A stretch of 64,000 nucleotides of DNA from contig NC_043010.1 in NCBI RefSeq assembly GCF_006345805.1, positions 15,810,001-15,874,000 on the forward strand, given 5' to 3'. The notes under the pieces were generated by a model. It searched no databases. It saw only the letters and a program-made list of their open reading frames with translations, and was not told where the DNA came from. This DNA comes from Octopus sinensis (lineage: Eukaryota). The position numbers and the translations under genes are program-made. Below, piece by piece: positions 60,781 through 64,000 of this stretch (positions are counted from its first letter, which is position 1; every line of letters starts with the position of its first letter).

Positions 60781-62556
60781 TCTTTGATATTGCTTTTATA
60801 TTATTCCTTTGTTGGCAATGTATCTGGATAGACTGAGGTGACTCAAGTTCAAACCGAGTTTGGTCATTTTATTGCATATTTGGCAAGATAATTCTACACC
60901 GTTTATTTCACCCATCATCCATTGATAGAGAATAAGTTCTGGGGCTTCTGACAATGTTATCTTTGATAGTCTGGCATCCTATATGGAGGAAAAAAAATTC
61001 TCATCTCAAGGAACAACATATTAGTTTACAAAAGACTTGTACAGCTGTGGAGAAATTCAGCTTCGTTAAGCAACCCATGAGTTTTTCCTTTACACTCATA
61101 GCATGCATTTCATTATTTCATTCTACCTGGTTGGAAAAAGGAACAGAATGGGGACACATTCTCGGGCAATATTGCCTATTATGCTCACACTGTCATCTCA
61201 TCGAAGTGTAACATTGTGCTTCACAGTCAATAAACCTGTTGGGTTAATTAAACATCATCTAATCTATTTGGCAAATGAACTTTCTTTTCTCATTATTTAA
61301 TAACTAATCTGTGTCCCTATACAAGTGTGTGGATCTATCTACACATATGTTTCTCTCTTTCTCTTCTTGCTCTCTTTCTCTGTTGGTGGCCTTCTGTCTG
61401 TCTGTCTCTCTTTCTCCACACACACACACACACACACACACATCTTGTTTTAATCATTGGACTACAACCATGCTAGGACATGGCCTTGATGACTGTTTAA
61501 TCAAATGAATGAGCCCCCTTCCCAATTTGATCGACCCCAGTATGCAACTGGTACTTAATTTATGGACCCCGAAAGGATGAAAGGCAAAGTCGACCTCGTT
61601 GGAATTTGAACTCAGAACGTAGCGGCAGAGGAAATGCCGATAAGCATTTCGCCCGGCGTGCTGGCGTTTCTGTCAGCTCGCCGCCTTGCTGATAAGTCTT
61701 TATTACTGACCAATGACATTTCAACCACACCACTGAGTGGTCATTTGTTAGAAAAAGCTACCCTAAAGTGGTTCAAGTTTTTTCGATTAAGCTATTTTCT
61801 TGTAGAGCTCAAACCGGGTTTGTATATTGCTCAAACCGGGTTTGTAAGTTCTGTCTACAAATTGACTTCCTTGTCAATATATGTAAAATTCTTTGTCTGT
61901 CTGTCTGCTCCCTCTGCATTTTCAAATGGCTTGGCCAAATCAAATCAAATTTTACAAGGTAGTAGTATCAGACATAGAAGTGGCTGTGTTGGTAAGTAGC
62001 TTGCTTACCAACCACATGGTTCTGGGTTCAGTCCCACTGCGTGGCACCTTGGGCAAGTGTCTTCTACTGTAGCCTCGGGCCAACCAAAGCCTTGTGAGTG
62101 GATTTGGTAGATGGAAACTGAAAGAAGCCCATCATATATATACATATATGTTTGTGTGTCTGTGTTTGTCCCCCCTAACATCGTTTGACAACCGATGTTG
62201 GTGTGTTTACGTCCCTGTAACTTAGCAGTTCGGCAAAAGAGACCAATAGAATAAGTACTAGGCTTACAAACAATAAGTCCTGGTGTCGATTTGCTCGACT
62301 AAAGGCGGTGCTCCAGCATGGCCACAGTCAAATGACTGAAACAAGTAAAAAAGTGGTTGTGTGTATTTTTTATCTTTTTTCTTTTTCTACCTATTAGAGT
62401 AACTTACCTTTGACTAAAACCGTTGACTAAAAGTCAACGGTTTTTCATAGCATTTGTTGCCATTAATAACCGACGAGAATATATCGTAGCTCTTCGCTCC
62501 GAATTTGTAACTCCGAATACTATAATGACAACTTTTTACTGTTTGTTCTAAATTAT

Positions 62557-62587
<31 letters not shown>

Positions 62588-63313
62588 GACAATTGTTACC
62601 AACGTCGATTCACTGGCACCTATGCCGTTGGCATGTGTAAAAAACATTCGAGCGAGGTCGTCGCCAGTACCGCCTGACTGGCCCATGTGTAAAAAGATTC
62701 AAGCGAGGTCATTGCCAGTACCGCCTGACTGGCCCTCGTGCCGGTGGCACGTAAAAAGCACCCACTACACTCTCGGAGCAGTTGGCGTTAGAAAGGGCAT
62801 CCAGCTGTAGAAACTCTGCCAGATCAAGACTGGAGCCTGGTGCAGCCATCTGGTTTGCCAGCCCTCAGTCAAAATCGTCCAACCCATGCTAGCATGGAAA
62901 GCAGACGTTAAACGATGATGATGATGATATATTTAAAATAGGATAAAATCTTCATAAGAATTTATCAAGTAGTTAGCGTGAAAAACCTCATAACAGAAAA
63001 ATCCATTAATTTTTCTCTTAAATATATTTATTTATATTATATTGAGGGCATTACTATACATAAATGCTACATACTAGGAGGGACTCTTAAAGTCAAAACT
63101 ACAAAAATATATAATGGTCTAATATATATATATAAGACCACTGAAATATACAAGCTTTTTTCACTCTTTCTCTGTGTTTAATTTCTCTTATTCCTTTCTG
63201 TTGAAGAGCATAGGCTCGAAACATAAAAAACTTTTTCATTTTTCCTGAGCGTCAAACTAATACACTTGCTTGTTGTTCATACACCTGTCTTTATTATTTC
63301 TATAAATTTCAAC

Positions 63314-63345
<32 letters not shown>

Positions 63346-63829
63346 AGATATATTTGACTGACAGCTTATCTGTCTCGCAAACTATAGTCTGCTGCATTTC
63401 ATTAGTTAAAAGAATTTTACCAAAAATCCCAAAAGGTTTCCTAATTCAATTATCCAGGATTCTCTCTGCTCTTCTTTGCTCATATTTTCATAGTACTTGC
63501 ATGCATTGCATTCCTATAGCAACACACACATATTAGTGTTGATGTGTGTATATTTCTACACTGCTGGGACATTGAATGTATACCTATATCAAATCATGAT
63601 ATGGTTATATACATACCTTGCATGAACATATAGTTTCACTATACACATATTTTGCATAATTTCATCATATGAATGTACAAATCTTTTGCATGAAACTATA
63701 GAATGAAAATCCACGTGATAACTCATCCCAAAAAGCAACTGATTTTATGTTTACATAGATCAAGATTTCCAAATAAAATTACATGAAACATTCTATTTGC
63801 TATATCTTTAAATTTGTATGTCACATAAC

Positions 63830-64000
63830 TGCCTCTGTATATATATACATATATATATATATATACATATATATATACATATATATATATACATATATTA
63901 TATATACATATATTATATATATATATATTATATATATATATTATATATATATACATATATATACATACGCACACACATATATATATATGCATATATATAC
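63830..64000. repeat. (TA)n/(TACA) microsatellite
   Basis: Direct inspection. Confidence 0.95.

Overview
AT-rich, microsatellite- and transposon-dense animal DNA. The repeat families look like those of octopus/cephalopod genomes (inference from recall, not searched). One protein-coding gene is supported on the + strand: 11 phase-compatible GT-AG exons from 22532 to 55613 encode about 1430 aa, with a long proline-rich (PxxP) region followed by two SH3 domains (SH3D19/Eve-1-like). Its start and end are not resolved in this window. The rest is mobile DNA: several tRNA-derived SINE families, RTE, R4/Dong-like and CR1-like LINE fragments, hAT and piggyBac MITEs and deletion derivatives, mariner/maT fragments, Helitron-like and Penelope-like remnants, often nested with readable target-site duplications (TSDs). 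Most notable: (1) a ~3 kb head-to-head Penelope-like element inside the intron that splits the second SH3 domain. Its ~280 bp inverted repeats each carry a complete minimal type I hammerhead ribozyme, one in the host pre-mRNA sense orientation and the other as its antisense. (2) An 18S rRNA fragment embedded in a maT transposase. (3) Several long foldback palindromes and locally templated insertions.
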